A DNA stretch of 64,000 nucleotides from Candidatus Hydrothermarchaeum profundi (GCA_002011125.2 MTMF02000009.1:840989-904988), one strand, 5' to 3'. Shown: positions 41,302 through 52,063, numbered from the stretch's first letter. Translations and numbers: made by a program. Notes: generated by a model from the sequence alone, not told the origin.

Positions 41302-42652
41302 GCATTTTTTAAACCATGTAGTTGCGGGATACCTTGGATCAGATAATGGTTCTTCTTTGGGAAAGCTATATTCTCTACCTGTGAAAGAGTTAGAGGAATT
41401 TGTAAGAAGAAGAATGAGGGTAAGTAAGGAGGAGGTAGAGGGGATTCTGGAGAACCCTGCCTATAGGAGGGCTCTGTTTATCGCTGCTAAAAGTGTCGCT
41501 GAATATGGTGTAACAAAACCACAAAAGCTTATTTCTCCCTTTTTGGTTGTATGGAACTTTACCAACCGGTGTAACCTCAAATGTAAACATTGCTATCAAT
41601 CCGCTGGCAAAGCATTAGATAACGAGCTAAGTTTAGAAGAAAAACTTGATACTGTGCATCAACTTGCTTCAGCAAACTTACCCTATTTAGCGCTCTCGGG
41701 AGGTGAACCACTTTTATCCGAGGATATATTCCCTGTAGCTAAAGAGGCTTCCTCTCTAGGTATTTATACTTCGATCGCTACAAATGGCACATTGTTAACC
41801 AAAAAAATAGTGAAGAGGCTAAAGGTATCCGGGATTTCTTATATACAAGTTAGTGTAGATGGAGCTTTTCCTGAGCTTCATGACTCCTTTCGCGGGGTAG
41901 AGGGATGTTGGAAAAGAACTATTAAAGGTATAAAAAATGCTGTTGAAGAAGGTCTTACTGTTTCAATAGCTACTACTATAACCACTTACAACTATCACCA
42001 TTTTGATGAAATACTTCAATTAGCTAAAAAGTTAAAGGTTAACAAGTTAACTATATACAATTTTATTCCGACAGGTAGAGGGAGGGATATAGTGAAAAAC
42101 GACCTTAGTCCACAGATGAGGGAAACTATACTGAAAAAAGCTCAAAAAGAACTTTCCAATGGTTTTGATGTACTAACAACGGCTCCACAGTTTTCTAGAG
42201 TATGTATTGAAGCTGGCGGAGGAACGGTTGGGGTAGCACATTTTGGCAGAATAGGAAATGACAAAGGAAATAACAAGGCAGAATTTATTGCGGATTTCTT
42301 AGGAGGATGTGGTGCGGGAAGGACTTATTGTGCTATCCAGCCAAATGGAAAAGTTACTCCCTGTGTTTTCATTCCTCTTGAAGCAGGAGACTTGAGGAAA
42401 GAGAAATTTATATCTATTTGGAGGAATTCTCCATTACTAAATCTCTTAAGAGACAGAGAGGACTTGAAAGGCCATTGCGGGAAATGTAGATTTAGGGCCT
42501 CATGTGGCGGATGTCGGGCTAGGGCATTAAGTTACTTTAATGACCTTAAAGCTCCAGATGCTGGTTGTATATTTAATCTTCATGCGTGGGAAGCCTTAAA
42601 TAAATTTGAATTCCTAGGGGAGGTAGAAAGTGCCCATATGTCATGTATGTAA
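41273..42652 (+). CDS. Radical SAM/SPASM protein (candidate GMGT synthase Gms-like)
   Basis: VWNFTNRCNLKCKHCY, SGGEP, GCGAGRTYC..TPC, CGKCRFRASCGGCRARA..DAGC; the Gms assignment is from recalled similarity only. Confidence 0.85.
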   Translation: MSRLLSKACRHFLNHVVAGYLGSDNGSSLGKLYSLPVKELEEFVRRRMRVSKEEVEGILENPAYRRALFIAAKSVAEYGVTKPQKLISPFLVVWNFTNRCNLKCKHCYQSAGKALDNELSLEEKLDTVHQLASANLPYLALSGGEPLLSEDIFPVAKEASSLGIYTSIATNGTLLTKKIVKRLKVSGISYIQVSVDGAFPELHDSFRGVEGCWKRTIKGIKNAVEEGLTVSIATTITTYNYHHFDEILQLAKKLKVNKLTIYNFIPTGRGRDIVKNDLSPQMRETILKKAQKELSNGFDVLTTAPQFSRVCIEAGGGTVGVAHFGRIGNDKGNNKAEFIADFLGGCGAGRTYCAIQPNGKVTPCVFIPLEAGDLRKEKFISIWRNSPLLNLLRDREDLKGHCGKCRFRASCGGCRARALSYFNDLKAPDAGCIFNLHAWEALNKFEFLGEVESAHMSCM

Positions 42653-42770
42653 AAAAGAATCAGAAGTGCTCTATACATGTATGAGTTGTGGGATGCCTTA
42701 CTGTACAGACTGCGGGGACATTGACGAGCAAATATGTGACGAGTGCTTAGCTGAGTGGCAACCAGAGTAA
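42630..42770 (+). CDS. 46-aa four-CxxC zinc-finger microprotein (not in ORF track)
   Basis: GGGGAGGT RBS, GTG start: MPICHVCKKESEVLYTCMSCGMPYCTDCGDIDEQICDECLAEWQPE*. Confidence 0.85.
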   Translation: MPICHVCKKESEVLYTCMSCGMPYCTDCGDIDEQICDECLAEWQPE

Positions 42771-42778
42771 TCTTGATA

Positions 42779-43312
42779 TCACACAAATCTTCTTGTTTCC
42801 AGCTCTGTTATAACTTTCACAGGATTTTTCAGGATACTTCCTACTGGAGAGGTTTTTACAACTGCTTCATTTAGTTCTTTAAGTTTTTCTTTACTTAGCG
42901 GCTCTTTCGTTTTCAAAAAAACTCTTGCTCGAACTTCTGTAAATCCAGGCCAAACTTTTTCTGGGGGTTCTAGTCCAAGGAAGCCTGGGAGATCTATGTT
43001 GCCTTCTAATTCTATTTCAACTTTAGCTAATTCTATTCCTCTTACTGCGGCATTCATAACGTACCCCACTATGAGGCAACAGCCATAAGCACCCAAAACC
43101 ATCTCCACCATATTTGGAGCCGTATTAGTTCCCCCTAAGTCTTCAGGTTCATCCATATTAACGACAAAGTCTCTTATTCTTGCTTCGCATTTAAATCCGC
43201 TCTTCCACTTTGTATTAGCTCTCCAGATTGTTTTTCCTAAATCTGGATTTTCTTTAACTAACTCTACAACTTTCTTGAGGTGATCTACATCTACACCGTT
43301 TACTATTTTCAT
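42779..43312 (-). CDS. OsmC family protein
   Basis: VNGVDV, DEPEDLGGTNTAPN, GAYGCC, AAVRGI, TSPV. Confidence 0.88.
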   Translation of the reverse strand: MKIVNGVDVDHLKKVVELVKENPDLGKTIWRANTKWKSGFKCEARIRDFVVNMDEPEDLGGTNTAPNMVEMVLGAYGCCLIVGYVMNAAVRGIELAKVEIELEGNIDLPGFLGLEPPEKVWPGFTEVRARVFLKTKEPLSKEKLKELNEAVVKTSPVGSILKNPVKVITELETRRFV

Positions 43313-43398
43313 AAAAACACAAAGAGAGTTACTTATGTTTAATACTTTTTATTTCAAAAAAGAAACTTTCAAGATAGTTTTTTGACATAGTGGAATGA

Positions 43399-43953
43399 TT
43401 GAAAATGAATAGGAATGCAATATATACAAAATACTCTAGTATACTTCAGGGCCACCTCGACGTAAACTCCAAAATACTGGAACTTGAAGGCGCCATAGCC
43501 AACCCTAAGGAACTGACCCACCCAGCAGAAATTTTGAAGAAAAATTTTATAATTTATGTATCAACCGATGTATCTTCCCAGCTCAAGGAAGTAAAGGAGC
43601 ATAAAAAAATTGATTGCGTCGTAGTAGATAGCAGAATTTTACCTTTCAAGAATAAAACTTTTGACCTTGTTCATGTTACTTTCCCTGCAAGGGTCCCAGA
43701 ATTCAGGTATAAAGGCAAAACTATTAACCCTACCTTCTCGGGTAGGGGTATACCTAAAAGTGCTGCTGAGATTCAAAGAGTATTAAAAGAGGATGGCTTA
43801 TTAGTTATATTTCCATTTTTTAAATATAAGGACGATCTAGATGAATTTTGGCAAAATAGAATTAGTAAGACGTTCATTAGTATGGGTTTTAAGATGGATG
43901 AAAAAGAAGTGTATCCCCAACATTCAGCTGCTATTTTCACAGTAGTAAGATAA
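43399..43953 (+). CDS. Putative class I SAM methyltransferase-like protein
   Basis: LPFKNKTFDLV and EIQRVLKEDG motifs; glycine-rich motif I degenerate. Confidence 0.55.
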   Translation: MKMNRNAIYTKYSSILQGHLDVNSKILELEGAIANPKELTHPAEILKKNFIIYVSTDVSSQLKEVKEHKKIDCVVVDSRILPFKNKTFDLVHVTFPARVPEFRYKGKTINPTFSGRGIPKSAAEIQRVLKEDGLLVIFPFFKYKDDLDEFWQNRISKTFISMGFKMDEKEVYPQHSAAIFTVVR

Positions 43954-43971
43954 TGAGGTAATAATGAATAG

Positions 43972-44046
43972 TGGGGCCGCTGAGATTTGAACTCAGGTCC
44001 ATGGCTCCCGAAGCCACGAGGATAGACCAAACTACCCTACGGCCCC
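43972..44046 (-). tRNA. tRNA-Pro(CGG)
   Basis: Minus strand GGGGCCG..CGGCCCCA acceptor, anticodon arm GTGGC-TTCGGGA-GCCAT, T arm CTGAG-TTCAAAT-CTCAG. Confidence 0.95.
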
Positions 44047-44167
44047 TTTTTTTAATGAATATCTGGTACTTGGTCTTTAAATTTTTTCTATTACGACTAT
44101 AGACGAATTTTAATTAGATTTATGCCGAAAAACATATATATCTGAGATTAAAAGAAGGCAATGAAAG

Positions 44168-44881
44168 GTGGCATTAGTGACTCTTGAGGAAGAATTTTCC
44201 AAAATGATCGCAGGTGAAATCGTGTTGTCAGCAAATCCGAGCAACACACTAAGAAAATGGAGAGAAACTTTCGGTCTTTCTAAGACGGATTTAGCAAAGC
44301 GCATAGGAATTTCACCTTCAGTTATATGCGACTACGAGAAAGGGAGGCGGAAATCTCCTGGAACCAAGATTATTAAAAAAATCATATCTGCATTATTGGA
44401 GAGCGACATTGAGAGGGGTAGACCAGTCCTAAAGAGTTATGAAAGGTGTATAGGAGTAACTCGAGGAGGAGCTATACTTGATATTAAGGAATTCTCAATG
44501 CCACTCAAAGCTAGAGATATATGCGATATAGCTAGAGGCAAGGTTCTAGTCAATAAAGATCAGCTAGGAAAAGAGCTATATGGGTATACAGTATTAGACA
44601 GCCTTAAAGCTATACTTGAGATGTCTTCCGATGAGTTTTTAAAGGTGTATGGCCTTACTTCGGAGAGAGCGCTTATATTCACGAAAGTTGCTAGCGGGAG
44701 GTCCCCCTTTGTCGCAATTAGAGTTACTAGTATAAAACCTGGGCTAGTGATTTTGCATGGATTGAAAGATGTTGACTCTTTAGGATTGGAAATAGCATTA
44801 AAAGAAAAGATTCCAGTAGCTATTTCCGAGATTGATGACGTTCAAGTGTTAATAGAGGAGTTGAGGAGAAACACTTCATGA
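44168..44881 (+). CDS. XRE HTH transcriptional regulator (archaeal, typically upstream of HMG-CoA synthase)
   Basis: [40 protein letters not shown]. Confidence 0.9.
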   Translation: MALVTLEEEFSKMIAGEIVLSANPSNTLRKWRETFGLSKTDLAKRIGISPSVICDYEKGRRKSPGTKIIKKIISALLESDIERGRPVLKSYERCIGVTRGGAILDIKEFSMPLKARDICDIARGKVLVNKDQLGKELYGYTVLDSLKAILEMSSDEFLKVYGLTSERALIFTKVASGRSPFVAIRVTSIKPGLVILHGLKDVDSLGLEIALKEKIPVAISEIDDVQVLIEELRRNTS

Positions 44882-45933
44882 AGCTTGAGGGAGTAGGAAT
44901 AGTAGGTTATGGGGTATACATCCCCCGATACAGGATAAAGGTCGAAGAAATCGCAAAAATATGGGGTGGAGACGCAAAAAGCATTTCTAATGGTCTTAAA
45001 ATATTTGAAAAGGCCGTAGCAGATTACGATGAAGATGCAGCTACGATAGCAGTTGAGGCTGCTAGAAACGCTGTTAGGATGGCGAGTATTGATCCAAAAG
45101 ACATAGGTGCAATTTATGTTGGATCGGAAAGCCATCCATACACAGTAAAACCTACTGCAACGATTGTTGCTGAGGCCATAGGGGCTTCCCCAGAACTCAC
45201 GGCGGCAGATTATGAATTCGCTTGTAAGGCGGGTACTGCTGGAATCCAAACATGCATGGGATTAGTAGCCTCAAATATAATAAAATATGGATTAGCTATA
45301 GGAAGCGATACTGCTCAGGGGGCTCCAGGAGATGCCTTGGAATATACAGCATCATCAGGAGGGGTAGCGTATATAATAGGTAAGGATAAGCTAATTGCAA
45401 GTATTGAGGGTACATACTCATATACTACTGACACACCTGATTTTTGGAGAAAAGAAGGCCAGCCCTATCCTAGGCATGGTGGAAGGTTTACAGGTGCGCC
45501 CGCATTTTTTAAGCACGTGTATAATGCGTCAATAGGGTTGATGGAGTCTTTGAATCTTAAGCCGCAAGATTTTGATTATGCGGTATTCCATCAGCCAAAT
45601 GGAAAGTTTCCAAGAAAAGTTGCAAAAATGCTAGGCTTTACAATAGAGCAGATAGAGGAGGGTATACTCGTTGATAAAATAGGAAATACTTACTCTGGGT
45701 CCTCTCTTATGGGGCTTGCAGCGGTCTTAGATAAGGCAGAGTCTGGTGAAAGAATAATGCTCACATCATTTGGTTCTGGTGCGGGGAGTGATAGTTTTAG
45801 CATACTTGTTGAAGAGGGTATAAAAAAAATTAGAGGAAAGGTTCCATCAGTTGAAGATTACATTAAAAGGAAAAAATACTTGGATTATGCAACCTACGCC
45901 AAGTTAAGAAGAAAAATAAAGGTGATCTCGTGA
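44878..45933 (+). CDS. Hydroxymethylglutaryl-CoA synthase
   Basis: [39 protein letters not shown]. Confidence 0.96.
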   Translation: MKLEGVGIVGYGVYIPRYRIKVEEIAKIWGGDAKSISNGLKIFEKAVADYDEDAATIAVEAARNAVRMASIDPKDIGAIYVGSESHPYTVKPTATIVAEAIGASPELTAADYEFACKAGTAGIQTCMGLVASNIIKYGLAIGSDTAQGAPGDALEYTASSGGVAYIIGKDKLIASIEGTYSYTTDTPDFWRKEGQPYPRHGGRFTGAPAFFKHVYNASIGLMESLNLKPQDFDYAVFHQPNGKFPRKVAKMLGFTIEQIEEGILVDKIGNTYSGSSLMGLAAVLDKAESGERIMLTSFGSGAGSDSFSILVEEGIKKIRGKVPSVEDYIKRKKYLDYATYAKLRRKIKVIS

Positions 45934-47084
45934 AAGTAGCGATAATAGGGGTAGGGCTTACAAGATTTGGGGAGCTCTGGGAAACCTCATTTAGTCATCT
46001 ATTTGTAGAAGCAGGGGCAAATGCGTTACGGGATGCGGGAGTAGACGGTAAAGATGTGGAGGCAATTTTTGTTGGAAACATGTCTGCAGGTAGATTTGTT
46101 GATCAAGAGCATATCTCATGTCTCATTGCAGATCAAGCCGGATTAAACCCTATACCCGCTACAAGAATAGAGGCAGCATGCGCATCTGGAGGTCATGCTT
46201 TACGACAAGGTATTATGTCGATTTTATCCGGATTTCATGATTTAGTAGTTGTAGGTGGAGTAGAAAAGATGACTGACGTTATGACGGAGAGTACAACCCA
46301 GACTTTAGCTACGGCAGCAGATCAAGAGTGGGAAGCATTCTTAGGCATGACTTTCCCCGGGTTATATGCAATGATGGCGAGACGTCACATGTACGAATTC
46401 GGAACTACTCGAGAGCAACTTGCACTTGTGTCTGTGAAGAACCATAGGAATGCTATTCATAATCCCTATGCTCAGTATCATGTTGAGATAACGGTTGACG
46501 ATGTATTAAATTCCCCTATAATAGCAGATCCATTAAGATTGCTTGATTGTTCTCCAATCACAGATGGTGCAGCATGTGTGGTGTTAGCGTCAGAACGTAA
46601 AGCTAGGGAATATACTGATTCTCCGATATATATAACGGGTAGCGGTCAGGCAACAAGTACTTTATCTCTACATAGCAGGAAGCAAATCCCGGTTGTGGAT
46701 TCCACAATTAATGCAGCAAAGGAAGCATATAAGAGAGCAGGGAAAAGTCCAAAAGATATTCAGGTAGCGGAAGTGCATGATGCTTTTACCATTGGGGAGA
46801 TAATGGCAATAGAAAATTTAGGGTTTTTCAATATTGGAGAAGGAGGGAAGGCAACAGAAGAAGGGGAGACTGAGATTGGTGGTAAAATACCAGTGAACAC
46901 GTCAGGAGGCCTTAAAGCGAAAGGTCATCCAGTAGGAGCTACGGGTGTAGCTCAGGCAGTCGAGATAGTACTACAATTACGAGGAGATGCTAAGGGTAGG
47001 CAAGTTGATGCTGATATAGGATTAACGCACAATGTGGGCGGCTCAGGAGGAACTGCAGTGGTGCATATTTATGAGAAGGGATAA
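45930..47084 (+). CDS. Acetoacetyl-CoA thiolase
   Basis: [36 protein letters not shown]. Confidence 0.95.
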   Translation: MKVAIIGVGLTRFGELWETSFSHLFVEAGANALRDAGVDGKDVEAIFVGNMSAGRFVDQEHISCLIADQAGLNPIPATRIEAACASGGHALRQGIMSILSGFHDLVVVGGVEKMTDVMTESTTQTLATAADQEWEAFLGMTFPGLYAMMARRHMYEFGTTREQLALVSVKNHRNAIHNPYAQYHVEITVDDVLNSPIIADPLRLLDCSPITDGAACVVLASERKAREYTDSPIYITGSGQATSTLSLHSRKQIPVVDSTINAAKEAYKRAGKSPKDIQVAEVHDAFTIGEIMAIENLGFFNIGEGGKATEEGETEIGGKIPVNTSGGLKAKGHPVGATGVAQAVEIVLQLRGDAKGRQVDADIGLTHNVGGSGGTAVVHIYEKG

Positions 47085-47087
47085 AAG

Positions 47088-47489
47088 ATGAGTAACGTTC
47101 CAAGATTTTGGAGAAACTTAAAGCGCAGATATAATTTGATAGGTACTAAATGTCTAAACTGTAATGAGCTCTATTTTCCTCCTAGACAGCTTTGTCCAAA
47201 ATGTAGAAGAGCGAGTAAAATAGAAGATGTGCAGCTTAAGGGACGAGGAGAAGTTTTAACTTATACAATAATTCATTCGGCACCTAAGAGATTTGAAGGA
47301 CAGACTCCTTACATAATGGCAATAATCCAGCTTGAAGAGGGCCCCAAACTTACAGCCCAGATAGTAGACTGTGATCCTACTGAAATTGATATAGGAATGA
47401 AAGTGGAGATGGTGTTTAGGAGGATACAAGAAGATGGAGACGCAGGGCTCATTTACTATGGGTACAAATTTAGACCTATAGCAAACTAA
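47088..47489 (+). CDS. DUF35 Zn-ribbon/OB-fold scaffold of the thiolase-HMGCS complex
   Basis: CLNC..FPPR..CPKC, GLIYYGYKF; follows thiolase. Confidence 0.93.
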   Translation: MSNVPRFWRNLKRRYNLIGTKCLNCNELYFPPRQLCPKCRRASKIEDVQLKGRGEVLTYTIIHSAPKRFEGQTPYIMAIIQLEEGPKLTAQIVDCDPTEIDIGMKVEMVFRRIQEDGDAGLIYYGYKFRPIAN

Positions 47490-47512
47490 GCTCAAATTGT
47501 CACGTTTGTCTC

Positions 47513-48442
47513 TTAGTCTCTCACGCCCACTTCAGATAGGGAGAATATTGCTTCTCCTTCAGGTAGGTTTGGAGAATCGATCAGCCGGCCAACTCTCTTA
47601 CCGCCTTTAGATTTTCTGAGATATATCCGGAAAGTAGATGAATGTCCTACGACATGTCCCCCAATAGGAGCAGTAGGGTCTCCAAAGAAGAAGTCAGGTC
47701 TGGCCATTACCTGATTAGTAACGACCACCGCTAAATTATGTATGTCACATAACCGTTGAAGATCATGCATATGGCGATTCAATTTTTGCTGCCGGTCAGC
47801 GAGCATGCCTCTGCCGGTATAGTCCGACCTAAAGTGTGAAGTAAGTGAATCAACCGCGATTAATCCTATATTTTTTTCTTTAATAAGTTCGCTTGCTTTC
47901 TCTGTAATAAGGATCTGATGATCACTATTGTAGGCTCTAGCAATTATTATATTTTCAAGAACTGTGTCGGGATCTAGATCCATACCTTTTGCCATCTGAA
48001 TTATACGCTCTGGTCTGAACGTATTTTCAGTATCAATATACAGCGCATTTCTCTCTAATCCGCCTCTTTCTTCTGGTAGCTGGACGTTTACTGCCAACTG
48101 ATGACAGATCTGAGTTTTTCCAGAACCGAATTCTCCAAATAGTTCAGTAATAGCTTGAGTCTCAATTCCCCCTCCAAGGAGTTCATCAAGTTTTTTGCTG
48201 CCAAGTGTAATCTTCCGCATATTCTTTCTTTTTTCCATAACTTCGGTACCGGTCATAAAACGCATCTGTAGTGTATTGCGCGCTGCATCTATTATCTTCA
48301 TTAATGTGCCCTCCCCCATGCCTGAAATCTCTTTTAGCTCTCCAATACTGGCAACGGCTATAGATTCTACGGTTTTATAACCAGCTTCCCTTAATTTTTC
48401 GGCAGTAGCTTCCCCAACCCCAGGTAATTCTTCAAGTTCCAT
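47513..48442 (-). CDS. radA: DNA repair and recombination protein RadA
   Basis: LPGVG Hh[32 protein letters not shown]; no intein. Confidence 0.97.
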   Translation of the reverse strand: MELEELPGVGEATAEKLREAGYKTVESIAVASIGELKEISGMGEGTLMKIIDAARNTLQMRFMTGTEVMEKRKNMRKITLGSKKLDELLGGGIETQAITELFGEFGSGKTQICHQLAVNVQLPEERGGLERNALYIDTENTFRPERIIQMAKGMDLDPDTVLENIIIARAYNSDHQILITEKASELIKEKNIGLIAVDSLTSHFRSDYTGRGMLADRQQKLNRHMHDLQRLCDIHNLAVVVTNQVMARPDFFFGDPTAPIGGHVVGHSSTFRIYLRKSKGGKRVGRLIDSPNLPEGEAIFSLSEVGVRD

Positions 48443-48446
48443 CTAA

Positions 48447-49748
48447 TTACTCCTCCTTAGTTCTTTGTTTAGCCTCCTTTAATAAAATTTCAGCTTCAAC
48501 TTTCGGATCTGGATTAAGGTTTATATCTTCCACAACCAACTCAGCTCTGCCAGAAAATTCGTTATGAATTACTCTAACTATTGCGATAACCTCTTTGCCT
48601 AATAGTTGTTTTCTTCGCTGGGAGATCTCTTCTGTAATATCGCTTTCTAAAGCTTTTTTTAGAGGCATATTTAAAAGAATCTCAGCCATCCTGTCGTAAA
48701 ATGCTGCTCTCATAGCAGCTGTACCATCATCTATCACTGCATTTATTACCATTCCTTTTCCATCATCTCTGTCGAAGATTTTGAGGTTTTCGTAAACTTC
48801 TACCAAAGCTCCTCTAATCTCAGCTTTTTCGCCAACTGAAAGGTCGCTCATATTCTTTCTAGTGATCTCTGCAGGACTCTCTTCTGGAACTTCTCCAATT
48901 TCTTCTTCAGGATTAAGCACTATTTTGCCGTATCTTCCAACGTTTATCTCCGGCTCCTGAAATCTCATCTTTACATATCCTCTCTTTACCTTTATAGTGT
49001 CTCCCTCTTTTATTCTACCTTCTTCTACTAGTGCTACATCTTCGTCCCACAACACAAGCTTCCCTCTCCCCGTTTCATCCCCTACGATAAGATTTACAAC
49101 TTTACCTTTTGTATCATCATCTCTCTCGAATTCTCTAGGTTCATAGATCCTTATAATTTTACAAACTACATCCACGCTACTCGTATCTTCTGTTAGATCT
49201 GCAATTTTTTTCTTTCTTTCCTCTGGTAAGGGTATTTCCTTATCATCGACATCCTTTGGGTTAGGTATTACTCTCGTTCTTATGCCGATATGTAGTTCTG
49301 GTTCTCCGTTAATATTCTCCTTAGTATACCCGTCTCTAATTCTAAGAATTTTTCCTTCTTCAATGTCCCCTCTCTCAATTAATGAAACATCCTTTCCCCA
49401 GAAAACCGTTCTTATCGTACCAGTGTCGTCTCCTAATATTATACTGCAAACCCTTCCCCTACTTCCATCCTCTTTTTCAAACTCCTTAGGTTCAAAAACT
49501 CGCATTACCCTGCCAATGATATCTACGCTGTTCATACCTGGAATGATATTCTCTATCTTCAACTCAGGCTTTTTAGATATACTTTCAAACAAGTTTATTC
49601 CCATTTCATTGGCAACTATATGGGCGGCCCCTTCTATTGTAATTAGGCCCCCAAGCTCTTTCTGTTTATTCTCTATTTTTACTTTAATCTCTTTTTCTTC
49701 TATATTAGTTTCCTCAGAAATCTTCCTAATTATATCTGCTATATCCAT
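48447..49748 (-). CDS. rpa: Replication protein A (multi-OB-fold ssDNA-binding protein)
   Basis: Repeated OB folds (GDDTG, GDETG, DDGTA); directly upstream of radA. Confidence 0.88.
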   Translation of the reverse strand: MDIADIIRKISEETNIEEKEIKVKIENKQKELGGLITIEGAAHIVANEMGINLFESISKKPELKIENIIPGMNSVDIIGRVMRVFEPKEFEKEDGSRGRVCSIILGDDTGTIRTVFWGKDVSLIERGDIEEGKILRIRDGYTKENINGEPELHIGIRTRVIPNPKDVDDKEIPLPEERKKKIADLTEDTSSVDVVCKIIRIYEPREFERDDDTKGKVVNLIVGDETGRGKLVLWDEDVALVEEGRIKEGDTIKVKRGYVKMRFQEPEINVGRYGKIVLNPEEEIGEVPEESPAEITRKNMSDLSVGEKAEIRGALVEVYENLKIFDRDDGKGMVINAVIDDGTAAMRAAFYDRMAEILLNMPLKKALESDITEEISQRRKQLLGKEVIAIVRVIHNEFSGRAELVVEDINLNPDPKVEAEILLKEAKQRTKEE

Positions 49749-49941
49749 ATCTTATACACCCTAAAAGCGGATAAGGCTGCCCCCTTATAAAGTGGTTGAA
49801 TATCGGAAAAATATTTACCTTCATGCTATTTATAGTTAAACTCTACAAATATACTTTTTTCGTAAGAGCACAGGAAAAGTATATTCATTTCAAGTAGGTT
49901 AAATCATATCGTATGAGCAAAATAAAAAGGAGGCATATCAA

Positions 49942-50445
49942 ATGGGAGATGTAATGAAAGACTTGGCGGATGCTTTTTCTGGAGAAAGTCAAGCCAATAG
50001 GAAATATACGATATTTGCCAGCAAGGCCGAGCAGGAGGGGCTGCCAAATATTGCTTTGTTATTTAAGGCAGCAGCGGAAGCTGAAGCGGTACATGCTCAA
50101 GCTCATTTAAGAGTTATAGGAGGAGTGAAATCTACAAAAGAAAACCTAGAAGCAGCTATAAGAGGCGAAGCGCACGAGTTTAAAGAAATGTATCCTAGTT
50201 TCATAAAAGACGCTGAGGAAGAAGGCAATAAGTCTGCGTTAATAAGTTTTAAGAACGCTAATGCAGTTGAGGAGATACATCACAATCTCTACAAAGAGGC
50301 TTTAGAAGCGGTAGAGAAGGGGCAAGATTTGCCTAAGAGGGATATCTATGTATGCCAAATCTGTGGTAATACCGTATATGGTGAACCTCCTGAAAGATGT
50401 CCTATATGCAATGCGCCTAGAAAGCGGTTTAAGAAGATAGAATAA
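49942..50445 (+). CDS. rbr: Rubrerythrin
   Basis: AFSGESQANRKY, EAVHA, EEIH, C-terminal CQICG..CPIC. Confidence 0.95.
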   Translation: MGDVMKDLADAFSGESQANRKYTIFASKAEQEGLPNIALLFKAAAEAEAVHAQAHLRVIGGVKSTKENLEAAIRGEAHEFKEMYPSFIKDAEEEGNKSALISFKNANAVEEIHHNLYKEALEAVEKGQDLPKRDIYVCQICGNTVYGEPPERCPICNAPRKRFKKIE

Positions 50446-50482
50446 GAGGCATCTGAGAGTATTCTCATCTTTGTACTAAACA

Positions 50483-52063
50483 TTAAAACTGGATAATCGC
50501 TCTAGTCATTTCAATAGGCTTGCACATGCCGGTATTTCTCCAGGCTTCATAAAGCTTCTCACCAGCCTTAAAAAAATCTATATCATTGTTTAAGTTTTCG
50601 GCATAGAGGAACTCTACATACTCTCTACTGAGAGATTGATAATAGAGCCGTACCTCTGCAGAAACAGAGTTTTGGGGTATTGAGTATAGAGTTATATCCC
50701 AATTCTGGCCATCAGCGTAGGATGCTCCTCTTATATATGCTTTATATTCTTCGTAATCTTTATTTCTGAATCCCGCGGGCGGTATCCGGTTGTCATAGTA
50801 TATGTAATTATTTGCTGCGAAATGGAAGCTTGGCCCTTCCGGAATTCCAAGGCGATCAGGGAGAGCTTCAGTTATGCCGACATATTTTATACCTGGTTTT
50901 ATTTCGTAGGTCTTAAGTTCTGGGTCCACTAGCAGTCTAGCTTCCTCGGGATCATACTTCCCAGATTCTTTAATTATTTTTCCATTAGAGTCATAAAATT
51001 TAACATTAACCCACATGATTCTCCCCTCACTATACCCTGTAGGTAATTTGTGGCCAGCTCTGTTTATAACTTTTACTTTCAGATTCCCTCCGTCTTTTGA
51101 GAGTTCGAGCTCAGCCGCGCTCTGGAGCATCTTTTCTGCATTTTCTTTCGATTTTTGTAATGCTTTAAGGGTAGTTTGGTCTTTTATGTCGTAGAGATAA
51201 ACTAACATATCTTGGACGCAGGTACTGCCTCCAGCAAAATCATGTCTATAGACCTTATCTCGTAGTACACGAGCCTCTCTTATTGCACATGCGAATCCAT
51301 CCTCTACGGCGGGCATATGGCAATCCTGACATGATACTTGATTGCCGTCGGAAGCGTATAGTCCGTAGGCGCTATATCTCCATTCGGTATATGTTCTTTC
51401 GAGGGGCTCATTCCCGTATAGGGGGTTATCAATGTCGTGACATGTACCGCAAAAGTCGGATCTTGTATGGAAATCCGAATACTCGCTTACGTGGCCTGTG
51501 GCTATAGGCTGATATGGTCCTCTCTTAGTTGATTGGGGTGACACTATAAACTGGCTATTGTGGTATGCGTCAACTGTACCATTTGTCTGAAGCTTTTTAC
51601 CTTCCTCAGTGAATGGATCAACCATCCGATGGCAAAAATCACAGATAACTCCGTCAAAGTCTTTTTCCGCCTCGCTAAGAGCTGAGCCGTCTACCGGCTT
51701 AGAGCGGCCTTCTAGCCAAGCCTTGGGAGTATGACATCTTAGGCAGTAATCTCCTACCTCAGCAATGCCATCGAAATCCTTATTTGATATCGCTAATGCT
51801 GCGAGAAATATGGGGTCTCTTCCTGCATGACTCATCATCGATCCCCGCCAAGTATCGTACGGGCTATAGTTAGAATAGTTTCCATGGCAGAAATAGCAAA
51901 AGAGCTGGGTCTCAAAGAGTAACCCCTCTTCTGGCTGGCTTCCTGGGAGGAAAACTTCAGTAGGTTTTATTAGAGTCTCTGTGGTATCCTCTGGGGGAGT
52001 AGTAGGTCCGCTTAAGCATCCACTTACGAATAAAAGAAGCAGGATCGACACGAGAGATTTCAT
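50483..52063 (-). CDS. Multiheme c-type cytochrome lipoprotein (5 CxxCH)
   Basis: Lipobox FVSGC; CYFCH, CLRCH, CDFCH, CGTCH, CQDCH; AGHKLPTG. Confidence 0.9.
   Translation of the reverse strand: MKSLVSILLLLFVSGCLSGPTTPPEDTTETLIKPTEVFLPGSQPEEGLLFETQLFCYFCHGNYSNYSPYDTWRGSMMSHAGRDPIFLAALAISNKDFDGIAEVGDYCLRCHTPKAWLEGRSKPVDGSALSEAEKDFDGVICDFCHRMVDPFTEEGKKLQTNGTVDAYHNSQFIVSPQSTKRGPYQPIATGHVSEYSDFHTRSDFCGTCHDIDNPLYGNEPLERTYTEWRYSAYGLYASDGNQVSCQDCHMPAVEDGFACAIREARVLRDKVYRHDFAGGSTCVQDMLVYLYDIKDQTTLKALQKSKENAEKMLQSAAELELSKDGGNLKVKVINRAGHKLPTGYSEGRIMWVNVKFYDSNGKIIKESGKYDPEEARLLVDPELKTYEIKPGIKYVGITEALPDRLGIPEGPSFHFAANNYIYYDNRIPPAGFRNKDYEEYKAYIRGASYADGQNWDITLYSIPQNSVSAEVRLYYQSLSREYVEFLYAENLNNDIDFFKAGEKLYEAWRNTGMCKPIEMTRAIIQF

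Noticed and set aside
43773-44030. 85-aa minus-strand ORF
   Set aside because: Overlaps tRNA-Pro and is antisense to another ORF
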